A stretch of DNA of 64,000 bases, taken from assembly GCA_038063515.1 (NCBI GenBank), contig JBBTUY010000006.1, forward strand, positions 26,505-90,504, read 5' to 3'. The notes under the pieces are model-generated. The model saw nothing but the letters and a program-made list of their open reading frames with translations, did no database searches and was not told the origin of the DNA. Source of the DNA: Patescibacteria group bacterium (GTDB lineage: Bacteria; Patescibacteriota; Minisyncoccia; Phycocordibacterales; UBA9973). Each line of letters opens with the position of its first letter. Position 1 is the first letter of the stretch. The position numbers and the translations under genes were made by a program. Positions 36,862-46,191 of the stretch are shown here, piece by piece.

Positions 36862-38411
36862 GTTTTTGAGTTTTTTAATATTTTATTTATCTCTTTTGTA
36901 TTAAATGGGAAATAGTATTTGACTATAGGCTCTAAGAGCTTTTCTGTTGGAGCAAAGTTGTTTGTTAGAATTGTGTATCTAGAATTATTAAGGGGTTCAT
37001 TTTTCACTAATTTTTTAGCCAAAAAGCTTTTATCCAAAAGTAATTTTTCATATAGTTTTTTTTCACTCATTGGTAATTTACCTTTTATTCCGACTAATAT
37101 TATATTTTGTATATTTTCGGTGTTATCTCCCATAGCAAAAACATAAGAGCTTGGAAAACTCAGCTGAAAGGTTTTTAAGGTACTTTTTATAAATTCTGAC
37201 TTATTGCCAGAAAGTGAGCCTATTAAGTTTATAGCATAAATACCATCATTATTTAGTTTTTGTTTTATCTCATCATTCCACTCTTTTGTTAAGAGATACC
37301 ATGGTACTGAGATAAATGAAGTGTATGCGTCGCTAAAAATAACATCATATTTTTGTGGGCTTTTTTTTAATACAATTTTAGCATCACCGATGGTTGTCTC
37401 AATATTGTATTTTTTTAAATCAAAAAAATTATTACCAATGTTTACAACTTCTGGATCGAGCTCTGCCACCAGTACTTTACTTTTCGGGTAATATTTTACA
37501 AGGTGTTTTGGTATGATATATGCACCAGCCCCTATAACTAGAATGTCATTTATCTCTTTTTTTAGATATGAAAATAACGGGTATGTGTCAGTATATATTT
37601 CTGTAGGTGCTTGAAATTCATAACTTTGAGCAGAAAAATCAAGTAATAATACTCTCGAGCTTCCATATGTTGAAGAATACGTATCTACTACTTTCGCATT
37701 ATAGTAATTAGTTTCTTTATTAAATAAAACTTCTCTGTGTTCTGTGACTTTTTCTGCTGTATAAATAAGCCCGATTATCATGATTCCCGCTCCTATAAAT
37801 GTAAAAAGTATTTTTTTATTTCTAATTCCATATACTAAGCCTAATATAAACAGAAGTCCTGCCATAAACCAAACTGTCTCTTTTGTTCCGAGGTAAGATA
37901 CAAAAAAGAATCCAGTTAAAAAAACTCCTAGTATACCTCCCAGAGACCATGTAAAAGATAGTATTCCATAATGGCTACCAATTTTTGTAAAATCATCTGC
38001 AAATTTTTTTAGAATAATAGGTTGTATCATCCCTATAGAAAGTGTCGGTAGTAAAAATAAATATAATGCGAGTGATAGGTTGAGTTTCATTATTGAATTT
38101 ATTGAATTTAAAATAAAATTAGTGTGTTCCGCAAGTAAGGGTATGATTACCACAAAAAATCCAGAAGCAAGGAATGTCAAAGGTAGTACATTACTATATT
38201 TTTTGTCAGCTACAATCCCACCTAAGAAATTTCCACCTGCAAGACCTAAGAGTGTGACACCTATAACTGATGTCCAGGTAAATACTGAACCACCTATGAG
38301 TGGTGCCATTATTCTATTTGAAATGAGTTCAATAGTCATAACTACAAAGCCTGCTATAAATGAACTTATTGCGTAGAGTATTTTTTTATTTGATATATTT
38401 TCTATTTTCAT
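36858..38411 (-). CDS. Spermidine/spermine synthase-like protein fused to an N-terminal polytopic membrane domain
   Basis: 517 aa with roughly 7 N-terminal TM helices. The C-terminal aminopropyltransferase/SAM-MTase-like fold has VLVIGAGAYIIPKHL, VAELDPEVV and YDVIFSDAY. Confidence 0.6.
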   Translation of the reverse strand: MKIENISNKKILYAISSFIAGFVVMTIELISNRIMAPLIGGSVFTWTSVIGVTLLGLAGGNFLGGIVADKKYSNVLPLTFLASGFFVVIIPLLAEHTNFILNSINSIMKLNLSLALYLFLLPTLSIGMIQPIILKKFADDFTKIGSHYGILSFTWSLGGILGVFLTGFFFVSYLGTKETVWFMAGLLFILGLVYGIRNKKILFTFIGAGIMIIGLIYTAEKVTEHREVLFNKETNYYNAKVVDTYSSTYGSSRVLLLDFSAQSYEFQAPTEIYTDTYPLFSYLKKEINDILVIGAGAYIIPKHLVKYYPKSKVLVAELDPEVVNIGNNFFDLKKYNIETTIGDAKIVLKKSPQKYDVIFSDAYTSFISVPWYLLTKEWNDEIKQKLNNDGIYAINLIGSLSGNKSEFIKSTLKTFQLSFPSSYVFAMGDNTENIQNIILVGIKGKLPMSEKKLYEKLLLDKSFLAKKLVKNEPLNNSRYTILTNNFAPTEKLLEPIVKYYFPFNTKEINKILKNSKT

Positions 38412-38417
38412 ATCTAT

Positions 38418-40520
38418 TTACAGATAAATAGTTTTAATTCTTCCACTCTCTCCTTCTCTTTCTAATATATCACCAGGTATGTCTGAAATAAATTCTGACG
38501 GCGCATTTATTTGTCGTGATCCAAATATTGTACGATAATTTGCAAAAGATAAATACAACTTTTCTTTAGCCCTTGTTAATGCTACATAAAAAAGCCTCCT
38601 CTCTTCTTCTTTGTCGCCCTCATCTCCACTATTATGCCTCTGGTGCGGAAAAAGTCCATCTTCGAGTCCAACGATAAAAACCTCTTTAAATTCAAGCCCT
38701 TTTGCCGCGTGGACGGTCATGAGTTTTACACCACTGTTTTTTTTGAGCAAGGGGAGTCCTTGCTCATTTTTCTCTTCGTTAATGATTATGCTGTCTTGGT
38801 CTGAGGCAAGGGAGGCATCTTCTAAAAGCTTTTCTACTCCCCGACCATTTTCCAAATTGTCGTATTTGAGTGCGAGTGTTGCTAGTTCTTTTATGTTTTC
38901 GAGTCTTTCTATGTCCTCGTCAGTGCCGTTTGAGAGCTCGTGTTCTATGCCGGATTTTTTAATTACAAATCTTATTATGTCGCTTGCTTTTAATGTTTCT
39001 ATATTTTCTTTTATTTCTTCTAGCGTTTTATAAAAATTATCAATCTTTATTCGCATTTTTATCGGTAAGCTTTCCATGTCTCCTGAAAAAATTTTCACTA
39101 AAGTTACCTTGCCTATGCCACGTGTAGGGAAATTTATTATTCTTTTTACGTCCCCGAGACTTTGGGGATTCAGTGCTGCGCGAAGGTATGCAAGTGTGTC
39201 TTTTATTTCACGTCTCTCAAAAAATTTAATACCTAAAACTTGATACGGGATGTTGTAGCGTAGCATTGCTTCTTCGATAACTCTAGACTGGAAATTTGCG
39301 CGGTATAGTACGCATACTTCTGACAGAGACAGTAGTGCAGGTTCTGTCTCTGCGGGGTCGCTGTCTGAATCTGCTGATTCAGCGCTACCTCTCGGCTCCT
39401 CAGCCAAGGGTACTTCCCGCAAAGACAAACCTGCACTACTGTCCATAATTTCTACAATTTTTGTTGCCACAAATTCTGCTTCATCATTTTCGTCGAGTGC
39501 CTCATAGAGCCCTATTTTCTCACCTTTTTGGTTTTTAGTAAAAAGATTTTTGTCTGGGCGGTATTTGTTTTTCTTAATTATTTCATTTGCTGCTTCTAAA
39601 ATATTTTGTGTTGAGCGATAGTTTTCTTCGAGCATGACTATCTTTGCATTTGGATAATCTTTTTCAAAATTCAAGATATTTTTAATGTTTGCTCCACGCC
39701 AAGAATATATATTTTGATCCGCGTCTCCCACTACGGCTATGTTTTTATTGTCTTCTGAGAGTAATTTTGACATCAGGTACTGCACTTCATTTGTATCCTG
39801 ATACTCATCTATGTGTATGTATTCCCACTTTTCTTGGTAGATTTTTCTGATCTCTGGGTTATCCTTTAGCAAATTTGTGGCCTTTAAGAGCAAGTCATCA
39901 AAGTCGAGAGAGTTTTCTTTCATTTTCCTCTTTTCGTATAATCCCCATACTTGAGCTATTATTTTCCCTAAGGTGTTGGCACTGTTTCTCTCTATGTAGT
40001 CTTCTATTTTGGTAAATTTACCCTTTTCTCGTGAAATGACACCTTTTATTTTCTTTGGTTCATATTGCTTTGGATCAATACTTAGCTCTTTTAGTATTTC
40101 CTTTATCATTCCATTCGCATCTCCTTCATCGAGAATGGTGAAATACCTCGTCAGACCTATTAATTTCGCATTTTCTTTTATTATGTAGACTCCTAGAGAG
40201 TGAAAAGTGGAAACAAATGGTATCGTGTCTTGCTCACCTACTCCATTTGAATTTCTTTTTATTTCAGCTATGACCCGCTCACGCATTTCCTTCGCTGCTT
40301 TGTTGGTAAAAGTCACAGCGAGTATCCTCTCAGGTGCCACACCTTCTTTTATGAGGTTCACTATTCTGTGAGTTATGGTCTTTGTCTTACCTGCTCCTGC
40401 TCCTGCAACAATAAGAAGCGGCCCCTTAGTATGTAGTGCCGCTTCTTTTTGACCAGTATTTAAGCCTTTCAAATGATCCATCAATCTAATATAGCATAAC
40501 AACACTCGCTGCAAGCACAC
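38418..40520 (-). CDS. uvrD: ATP-dependent DNA helicase, UvrD/PcrA family
   Basis: 700 aa. Motif I is VAGAGAGKTKTITHRI, motif II is HIDEYQDTN and motif VI is VALTRAKEKLYLS. It contains a GC-rich in-frame patch (about 39330-39420) encoding GSAESADSDSDPAETEPALLSLS. Confidence 0.9.
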   Translation of the reverse strand: MCLQRVLLCYIRLMDHLKGLNTGQKEAALHTKGPLLIVAGAGAGKTKTITHRIVNLIKEGVAPERILAVTFTNKAAKEMRERVIAEIKRNSNGVGEQDTIPFVSTFHSLGVYIIKENAKLIGLTRYFTILDEGDANGMIKEILKELSIDPKQYEPKKIKGVISREKGKFTKIEDYIERNSANTLGKIIAQVWGLYEKRKMKENSLDFDDLLLKATNLLKDNPEIRKIYQEKWEYIHIDEYQDTNEVQYLMSKLLSEDNKNIAVVGDADQNIYSWRGANIKNILNFEKDYPNAKIVMLEENYRSTQNILEAANEIIKKNKYRPDKNLFTKNQKGEKIGLYEALDENDEAEFVATKIVEIMDSSAGLSLREVPLAEEPRGSAESADSDSDPAETEPALLSLSEVCVLYRANFQSRVIEEAMLRYNIPYQVLGIKFFERREIKDTLAYLRAALNPQSLGDVKRIINFPTRGIGKVTLVKIFSGDMESLPIKMRIKIDNFYKTLEEIKENIETLKASDIIRFVIKKSGIEHELSNGTDEDIERLENIKELATLALKYDNLENGRGVEKLLEDASLASDQDSIIINEEKNEQGLPLLKKNSGVKLMTVHAAKGLEFKEVFIVGLEDGLFPHQRHNSGDEGDKEEERRLFYVALTRAKEKLYLSFANYRTIFGSRQINAPSEFISDIPGDILEREGESGRIKTIYL

Positions 40521-40632
40521 TTTTTAAAAAGCCTTTCGCAGGCTGACGAGCCGAGAAGTTCGCTGGCATAGCAATGCCAGATAGATTGCTTTATAAAAAG
40601 TTGTGCTAAGGGCGAGTGTTGTTAATAAATTA
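40493..40632. repeat. Nested imperfect palindrome (about 140 bp) in the uvrD 5' region
   Basis: The outer arms are taacaacactcgc / gcgagtgttgtta. The inner arms are cacactttttaaaaagc / gctttataaaaagttgtg. The central hairpin is ctggcatagcaatgccag, and the centre is GC-rich. Confidence 0.5.
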
Positions 40633-40935
40633 ATTTCCTATCTGCCCCATTATGTCGTTAGTATGATCTTTAAATTTGAGTGCCTCTTCTTCTATTATTT
40701 TTTCAAAATTATCTACTTTGCTATTTAGAAAATTAAATATTTCTTCAGGCTGTGCATTGTTGTCTAATATTTTCTCAAATTCATCTTGCACTTCTTCTGG
40801 TATAGTCTCCATGACACGCATGAGTACATTTTGATAAATGATACTTCCTATGTCGAGTATTTTCTTCTCTTGTTCTTCAGGTGGTAGATGGCTGAAATCA
40901 AACACATCTGTTATATTTTTTTGTATAGGGTTCAT
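40630..40935 (-). CDS. Hypothetical acidic protein (101 aa)
   Basis: ORF with no recognisable motif. Confidence 0.35.
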   Translation of the reverse strand: MNPIQKNITDVFDFSHLPPEEQEKKILDIGSIIYQNVLMRVMETIPEEVQDEFEKILDNNAQPEEIFNFLNSKVDNFEKIIEEEALKFKDHTNDIMGQIGN

Positions 40936-40956
40936 ATGTTTTAGTTAAATAATAAT

Positions 40957-43566
40957 TTATTGTAGTTTTAATTTATTTAAATCTCCATTTTTTTCTGCAT
41001 ATTGCAATGCTCGTATCACATACTGTTCAGCTGTCTCAGGTTTTTTGAAGAGAATACTGCCAGATGTGTTGCTTTTTGGCTCTAATCCTGTTGTCTCATA
41101 TATCTTTTTTAAGTAATTCATTAGTGGGCTTTCTGGAACATAGTTACCATCTTTTACATTTTGAAGTAAATCCCTCACTTTAAAGGTCTTCATACTGAAC
41201 CACTCAGCTGCGTATGTGCTATTGTGTGCTTGTGTCATGTGCAATATATTTTCTTTGTAGACTTTAGCAGTTTCTGCTAGCTCCTCCGTTGTGAGGTTGA
41301 ATTCATTTTTTATAAAATCAGTGTTTTTGAGTGCTGGATTTTCTTCTAAAATTTTTGCAATATTACTTCTCGTATCTGGTGCACTACTTGTATTATTTAT
41401 ATTTCCTCCAGTCGTTGCTTCAGGAGCTTCTGTTTTAATATCTAAATTTTCTGGTTTGATAATATTATATTGACCAAATAATTTATTTCTTATATCAGTT
41501 TCTGTGAGTAATTTATCTGTTTCTAATACTTCGCTCCTTATCTGGTCTGGTGTTGCTCCACCTAGCCCTCTATGAGGATGTTCTGTTAGAATTTTATTTA
41601 TTCTTTCTTCTTGTGTAAGTATTGGTTTTGTCTCTGTTGTATCAATAACAGGACTTTCAGCTTCTGTCGGTTCTATTTGGGGTCGTTCTATATTTTGATC
41701 TTCAGCTGGCATTTCTACCGTTGGTGTATGTAGCTTTGCTACAGGTATTTCTTTTTTATGAACTGTATCGTAAGGATTATCAGGATTTTGTCCAAAATCA
41801 GCTCCGTTCGGGTTAGCATAAGTAGCTAGCACATCACCTTTTATATCTACTTCTGTAACTGTAAAATTTCCTTTTGTGTCTGCTGTAATTTGGTAGCCAA
41901 CTTTATCTGCTTCCATTATTCTAACTTCCCGACCAGTTTCTGGGTCAACATATCCTTTTTCAATAGCTATGCCATGTGCTTTGTGTTGAGCAAATATATG
42001 TAATGCTTTTTTGTCTGTGATGTCTCCCTTAAATCCTAATTTTTCTGCGAGGTCAGTATTATTTTCTATTTGTCTGATAAATGCATTCTCTATTCCTTCA
42101 CCTTGATGTACAACTGCATCATCTATAACAGCTACTTTTTCAGGAGCCACACCGTCAGGCATTTTCATTCTTCCGCCTAAGTCTGTTTCACCACTTGATG
42201 CTTTTGGAATTTCTGGTGTCGGGGATACTTTTACTATTGGTGTGGCTTCCGAGGAGGCTGATGTTACAGGAGGAGTTGTATTTGGAGCTGTGCTTGTTGT
42301 CGGTTTTTCAGCTGTTGTGTTTATATGCTTTTCAGATGACACAGGTATATCTCCTAATTCCCTTCCTATTGCTATAGATGTTGTAAGTCCTAACGCTAAC
42401 CCACCCGCTGCCTTCATCACAAGGAGTGCTCTTTTATCTTTCTTCTCCCTTCCCAAGATTTTTTCGTATTGTATTTTTGTTTGATCTAAATTTTGTATAT
42501 CAAATGTTGTACGAAGTTCTTCCGTTGTATTTTCTCTTAATTTCGTAGTGAGTTTACCAAGAGTTTTATCAACTAACATTCCCCAGCCCTTTCCTATTGT
42601 TACTGATCCAGCTACACGCGCAGCTTTTATTCCTAAAAATGTTGCTCCTTGAAGAGTTGTAGAAACTCCACCAGTAATTATTGCAAAAATAAGAGAAAGT
42701 CCTACTGAGGCAGCTAGCCTTTTTGTAGGACTTAGTTTTAAATACGCATCTAATGCTTTACCCACGAGACCTCTCTCCTTCGCTGGTAAACTTTCTGCCT
42801 TAGCTAGTATTAAAGTCTTTTGTTCTTCTATGATTATTCTTTGAAAGATTTCATTTTGTTTATAGTTATTTAAAGCTGGGTTTGTAGTTGATTGATCTAG
42901 CCCGAGCTCTTCTTGTTTTGTTTCATACATAGCTTTGCCGAGAATTATGGTGGCAGAGGTATATTCAGATTCAAGCTTTTTTAAATCTTCCGGTGTCTCA
43001 CTTTCTTTTATTGTTTTTCCAACTAAGGATTCATATGCATATCTTACCTTACCTAAAACACCCTTCCTTCTGTCTTTTATAAATTTCTGATATGCAGTAA
43101 CGTATGCATCTCTAGCCGCTGTTAATGCAGCTTCTTCTCGTGATCCGAGAACACCTTCCTGCCTTACCTTAACTCTCGTATTTTCTGTGCTTGTTCCATG
43201 GGCTAGTCTGTACAGATGTTCTTTTATTTCCTGATCTTCTTTTTTACGAGCTTCCTCTTCTTCTGGAGTTAGTTCCCAGGGATCTTTAAAATCATTTTCA
43301 TCCTCTACTGGAGGAATAAATCTTCTGACCGCGTTTACTTTTTTAGGTTCTGTTGGAACAGGGGTTGGTTCACTCTCATTGTTTACTACGGGCTGTTCAT
43401 CTACCTTTAATTCTCTTTCTAATATTGCAATCTCTGCAGCATTTTTCCTAATTCTTTCTTCCTTACTCTTATCAAGTTTCTGCAGCTGCTCTTTTAGCTC
43501 TGCCAGGTCTTTAGCCTCTTGTTCTTCCTCGGTTTGATCTTTCTTTGTATTTAAATCTTCAGTCAT
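40957..43566 (-). CDS. Large hypothetical protein (869 aa) with a central hydrophobic segment and coiled-coil N-terminus
   Basis: Charged coiled-coil N-terminus, a membrane segment around LAASVGLSLIFAIITGGV and a Thr/Pro-rich linker. No recognised domain. Confidence 0.45.
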   Translation of the reverse strand: MTEDLNTKKDQTEEEQEAKDLAELKEQLQKLDKSKEERIRKNAAEIAILERELKVDEQPVVNNESEPTPVPTEPKKVNAVRRFIPPVEDENDFKDPWELTPEEEEARKKEDQEIKEHLYRLAHGTSTENTRVKVRQEGVLGSREEAALTAARDAYVTAYQKFIKDRRKGVLGKVRYAYESLVGKTIKESETPEDLKKLESEYTSATIILGKAMYETKQEELGLDQSTTNPALNNYKQNEIFQRIIIEEQKTLILAKAESLPAKERGLVGKALDAYLKLSPTKRLAASVGLSLIFAIITGGVSTTLQGATFLGIKAARVAGSVTIGKGWGMLVDKTLGKLTTKLRENTTEELRTTFDIQNLDQTKIQYEKILGREKKDKRALLVMKAAGGLALGLTTSIAIGRELGDIPVSSEKHINTTAEKPTTSTAPNTTPPVTSASSEATPIVKVSPTPEIPKASSGETDLGGRMKMPDGVAPEKVAVIDDAVVHQGEGIENAFIRQIENNTDLAEKLGFKGDITDKKALHIFAQHKAHGIAIEKGYVDPETGREVRIMEADKVGYQITADTKGNFTVTEVDIKGDVLATYANPNGADFGQNPDNPYDTVHKKEIPVAKLHTPTVEMPAEDQNIERPQIEPTEAESPVIDTTETKPILTQEERINKILTEHPHRGLGGATPDQIRSEVLETDKLLTETDIRNKLFGQYNIIKPENLDIKTEAPEATTGGNINNTSSAPDTRSNIAKILEENPALKNTDFIKNEFNLTTEELAETAKVYKENILHMTQAHNSTYAAEWFSMKTFKVRDLLQNVKDGNYVPESPLMNYLKKIYETTGLEPKSNTSGSILFKKPETAEQYVIRALQYAEKNGDLNKLKLQ

Positions 43567-43578
43567 AAAATATTTAAA

Positions 43579-45423
43579 TTATTTAAATTCTACCACTAAA
43601 TTCCCATTTTCTATATACATTTTATTAACTTTTCTATTTTTACCATCATTTTTCTCCACATACTCCCTTAGTATTTTACCAATTTCTCTTATTTTAGGTT
43701 CCATTTTTTCTATGATAAGACTCCTCACTATCATGTTTGCTCTAATATTTTTTTGATCAAAAGATCTTACTCCAATTTCATCACCTATATTTTCTAATAT
43801 AATGTTTATGCCAACCTTCATAGAGCCTGTGGTTGTAACTATTTCTGTATTTAAACTTAAACTATTTCCGTCTTTATTTTCGAGATTAATTTCCCTAACA
43901 GATTTTATGTTTAAGTTTTTTTTAAGCAAATTCTCTATCTCTTGTTTTATTTCCACTATTGAAAAAGTTTTTATTTTAGGTTCTTGTTCTAACAACTTAT
44001 TTTCCTTTCTTTTGGCCATTCTTCTTTCTATAGCTGTAATTTTCGCTAATATTGCCTGTCGCATCTCTTCTTCTTCCGCATCTTCTTTCTGTTGTTTTCG
44101 TAGTAGTTCTAGTCTTGCTATACGTGGGTCTATCTGAGTTGCAGCTTTTTTTTCTTTTATTTCATTTTCACCAGTTCGACGTTGTGGTGCTGGATTATAA
44201 AAACCGTATGTTACATTTGTGCCATAATCTGTTGGTTTGCCTTGCCTAATACCAATATCTTTTGTATATTTTTTTTTAAACTCAACATCTTCTTCTAAAT
44301 CTGTTTTTCCAGATGCTACTTGTGTGCTTGCGGGTGTTTTCAATTTCTCTGAATCCTTTTCAGTAAGTGCTTGTTGTATGTTTAATAAACGGTTTATTTC
44401 TTGGAGTATTTCATTTGCGGTCGGGTCATTAGTAAGATCTTCATCACTATTACCATTCCTTCTACTACTTTCATATACACCATAGAGTAAAGCTCTGGCA
44501 TTGTATTCTTTGGTTTTGAAATATTCTATTGGTTTTGAAGTCAATAATATTAAATCAGTCCTGGTATGGTATAGATTTTCTAAATTTGTTTGATTATTTA
44601 AATCCTCATCCTCTGCAATCTTTGCTCTATTTATTAAAATTTCAAATTCGTCATTGATCATTTGATCAACACTCTCTATCCCAGTAGTAGGAACTTTATA
44701 TTTCTCATAGTTAAATTCAGGAGTGATTGGTGTTGTTTCTGTCAGTACTTCCGTTGGTGCAGAGGTTGCGGCTTCCATCTTTTCGGTTCTTGCCTGTATT
44801 TCATCAGGGGTGGGATTTAAAAGTTTTATTTCCTGTGTAGGTGCTTTTTCCTTAGGTTTCGTTATGTATATATGTCGTTGTGCAGCTTCTAGTTCTTCTA
44901 TTATTTCTATATAGATATCCGAAAGTCCCTTCATATGCTGGTCAGTTTTTCCATTCTCTTTCCATTTCTTCCATATTTTTTTTCCTTCTATTTTAAAATA
45001 CTCAATAGGATTTTTAGATAAGATTTTTATTCTTCTTGATGCCTCGATCTTGCTAACCTCTTGATCTTGAAGATCACCACTAATTATTTTGATATATCTT
45101 TCTTTTGCTTCAGCAATAACTCTTTTTGTTGTCGGAGATAATTTATTTAACTCTAAAACATAAGCATAGGATGACTCGATAGGATCATCTGCTTTATAAG
45201 GAACTTTTTTATTCTTATCTTGTTTGCTTTGGTCGATGCTTTTAGGTTGTTCTACTGTAGACACTTCAGCTGTTTCAGGTATCCGTTGCATGGTACCGCT
45301 GTGTACGGTATTTGCTTCCTTAGATTCAACAGGTTCTCCACTTTCATCAACGTCAATAATAGGACTTCGTTCATAGTCATTTGAAGTTCTTTTTGTTTGT
45401 AGTAATTTTTTTTCTCCTGCCAT
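43579..45423 (-). CDS. Large hypothetical charged protein (614 aa)
   Basis: Highly charged and Lys/Glu-rich with no TM. It overlaps no other gene. No recognised domain. Confidence 0.45.
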   Translation of the reverse strand: MAGEKKLLQTKRTSNDYERSPIIDVDESGEPVESKEANTVHSGTMQRIPETAEVSTVEQPKSIDQSKQDKNKKVPYKADDPIESSYAYVLELNKLSPTTKRVIAEAKERYIKIISGDLQDQEVSKIEASRRIKILSKNPIEYFKIEGKKIWKKWKENGKTDQHMKGLSDIYIEIIEELEAAQRHIYITKPKEKAPTQEIKLLNPTPDEIQARTEKMEAATSAPTEVLTETTPITPEFNYEKYKVPTTGIESVDQMINDEFEILINRAKIAEDEDLNNQTNLENLYHTRTDLILLTSKPIEYFKTKEYNARALLYGVYESSRRNGNSDEDLTNDPTANEILQEINRLLNIQQALTEKDSEKLKTPASTQVASGKTDLEEDVEFKKKYTKDIGIRQGKPTDYGTNVTYGFYNPAPQRRTGENEIKEKKAATQIDPRIARLELLRKQQKEDAEEEEMRQAILAKITAIERRMAKRKENKLLEQEPKIKTFSIVEIKQEIENLLKKNLNIKSVREINLENKDGNSLSLNTEIVTTTGSMKVGINIILENIGDEIGVRSFDQKNIRANMIVRSLIIEKMEPKIREIGKILREYVEKNDGKNRKVNKMYIENGNLVVEFK

Positions 45424-45462
45424 GTAAGTATATTATATAACTTACATGAACAGAGGACAAAT

Positions 45463-45518
45463 TATCTCGAAGTTCCGATGAGATATTTCCTTGGATTTTC
45501 ACCGAGGTCTACGAAGTC
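45463..45518. repeat. 57-bp direct repeat (left copy) flanking the toxin-antitoxin cassette; non-coding copy of the NYN gene 3' end
   Basis: ttatctcgaagttccgatgagatatttccttggattttcaccgaggtctacgaagtc is identical, bar one mismatch, to 46135-46191. Confidence 0.85.
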
Positions 45519-45524
45519 GTTTGC

Positions 45525-45800
45525 CTAAAAAAGCTCTGAATGCGTGCCCATGTCAAATAATACCAAAACCAATTCCTGGTTCTTTATGTAATATATCAAA
45601 AGAATGTCAGGTCTTATGTGACACTCTCGAAAACCTTCAAAATTTCCTTGTAATGGATGGTCTTGATACTTACGGTCGAGCTTTTGTACAGATGCTAAGA
45701 CATCTATAACAAACTCGACTTCTTCTCTCTTGATTTTTCCTGAACGAGCTATCTTCTTGAAAGATTTTTGAAACCGTTTTGTGTAATGTCTGTAATACAT
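45525..45800 (-). CDS. Type II toxin, RelE/YafQ family mRNA interferase
   Basis: 91 aa. HYTKRFQKSFKKI...DHPLQGNFEGFRECHIRPDILLIYYIKNQELVLVLFDMGTHSELF matches the YafQ family signature (..GY/FRECHI.PDWLLIY....L.L.R.G.HS.LF). Confidence 0.8.
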   Translation of the reverse strand: MYYRHYTKRFQKSFKKIARSGKIKREEVEFVIDVLASVQKLDRKYQDHPLQGNFEGFRECHIRPDILLIYYIKNQELVLVLFDMGTHSELF

Positions 45801-45803
45801 ATC

Positions 45804-46085
45804 TTATTTTACCCTTTCCATGTCATCAAACATCTCTTTTGTTGAAGAGTATCTCTTGCCATGCTTTATGGCTTGTTCCGCCTCTTTTTTATATGTAGCT
45901 AGCATTTTTGGAGTGTATTTATGCATAAAGCCGAACGGGCATATATAGGTAGTACTTTTTGGGTCCCCTACCTGGGTTAAAAGATATTTTATACCAGAAG
46001 ATAAATCCAGTCCCATGTCCTTAAAAGCCTTTTTAGCTTTTGTTTTTGTGGATGCATCTATTCTTATTTGTATAGTTGTACTCAT
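45804..46085 (-). CDS. Antitoxin, DinJ/RelB family
   Basis: 93 aa with the N-terminal IQIRIDASTKTKAKKAFKDMGLDLSSGIKYLLTQV ribbon-helix-helix pattern. It sits immediately upstream of the toxin with a 3-bp gap. Confidence 0.7.
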   Translation of the reverse strand: MSTTIQIRIDASTKTKAKKAFKDMGLDLSSGIKYLLTQVGDPKSTTYICPFGFMHKYTPKMLATYKKEAEQAIKHGKRYSSTKEMFDDMERVK

Positions 46086-46134
46086 AGCTACATCATATAT
46101 TTATGTAATGACAATGTCAATACAACAATAATCT

Positions 46135-46191
46135 TTATCTCGAAGTTCCAATGAGATATTTCCTTGGATTTTCACCGAGGTCTACGAAGTC
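46135..46191. repeat. 57-bp direct repeat (right copy), which is also the last 18 codons of the NYN gene
   Basis: The reverse strand encodes DFVDLGENPRKYLIGTSR*, the C-terminus of the 46135..46647 protein. Confidence 0.85.

Noticed and set aside
40540-40600. Possible hammerhead-ribozyme-like CUGACGAG string inside the 140-bp palindrome upstream of uvrD.
   Set aside because: Only the CUGANGAG-like octamer is present. No adjacent stem II/GAAA/stem III arrangement could be drawn, so it is chance similarity until shown otherwise.
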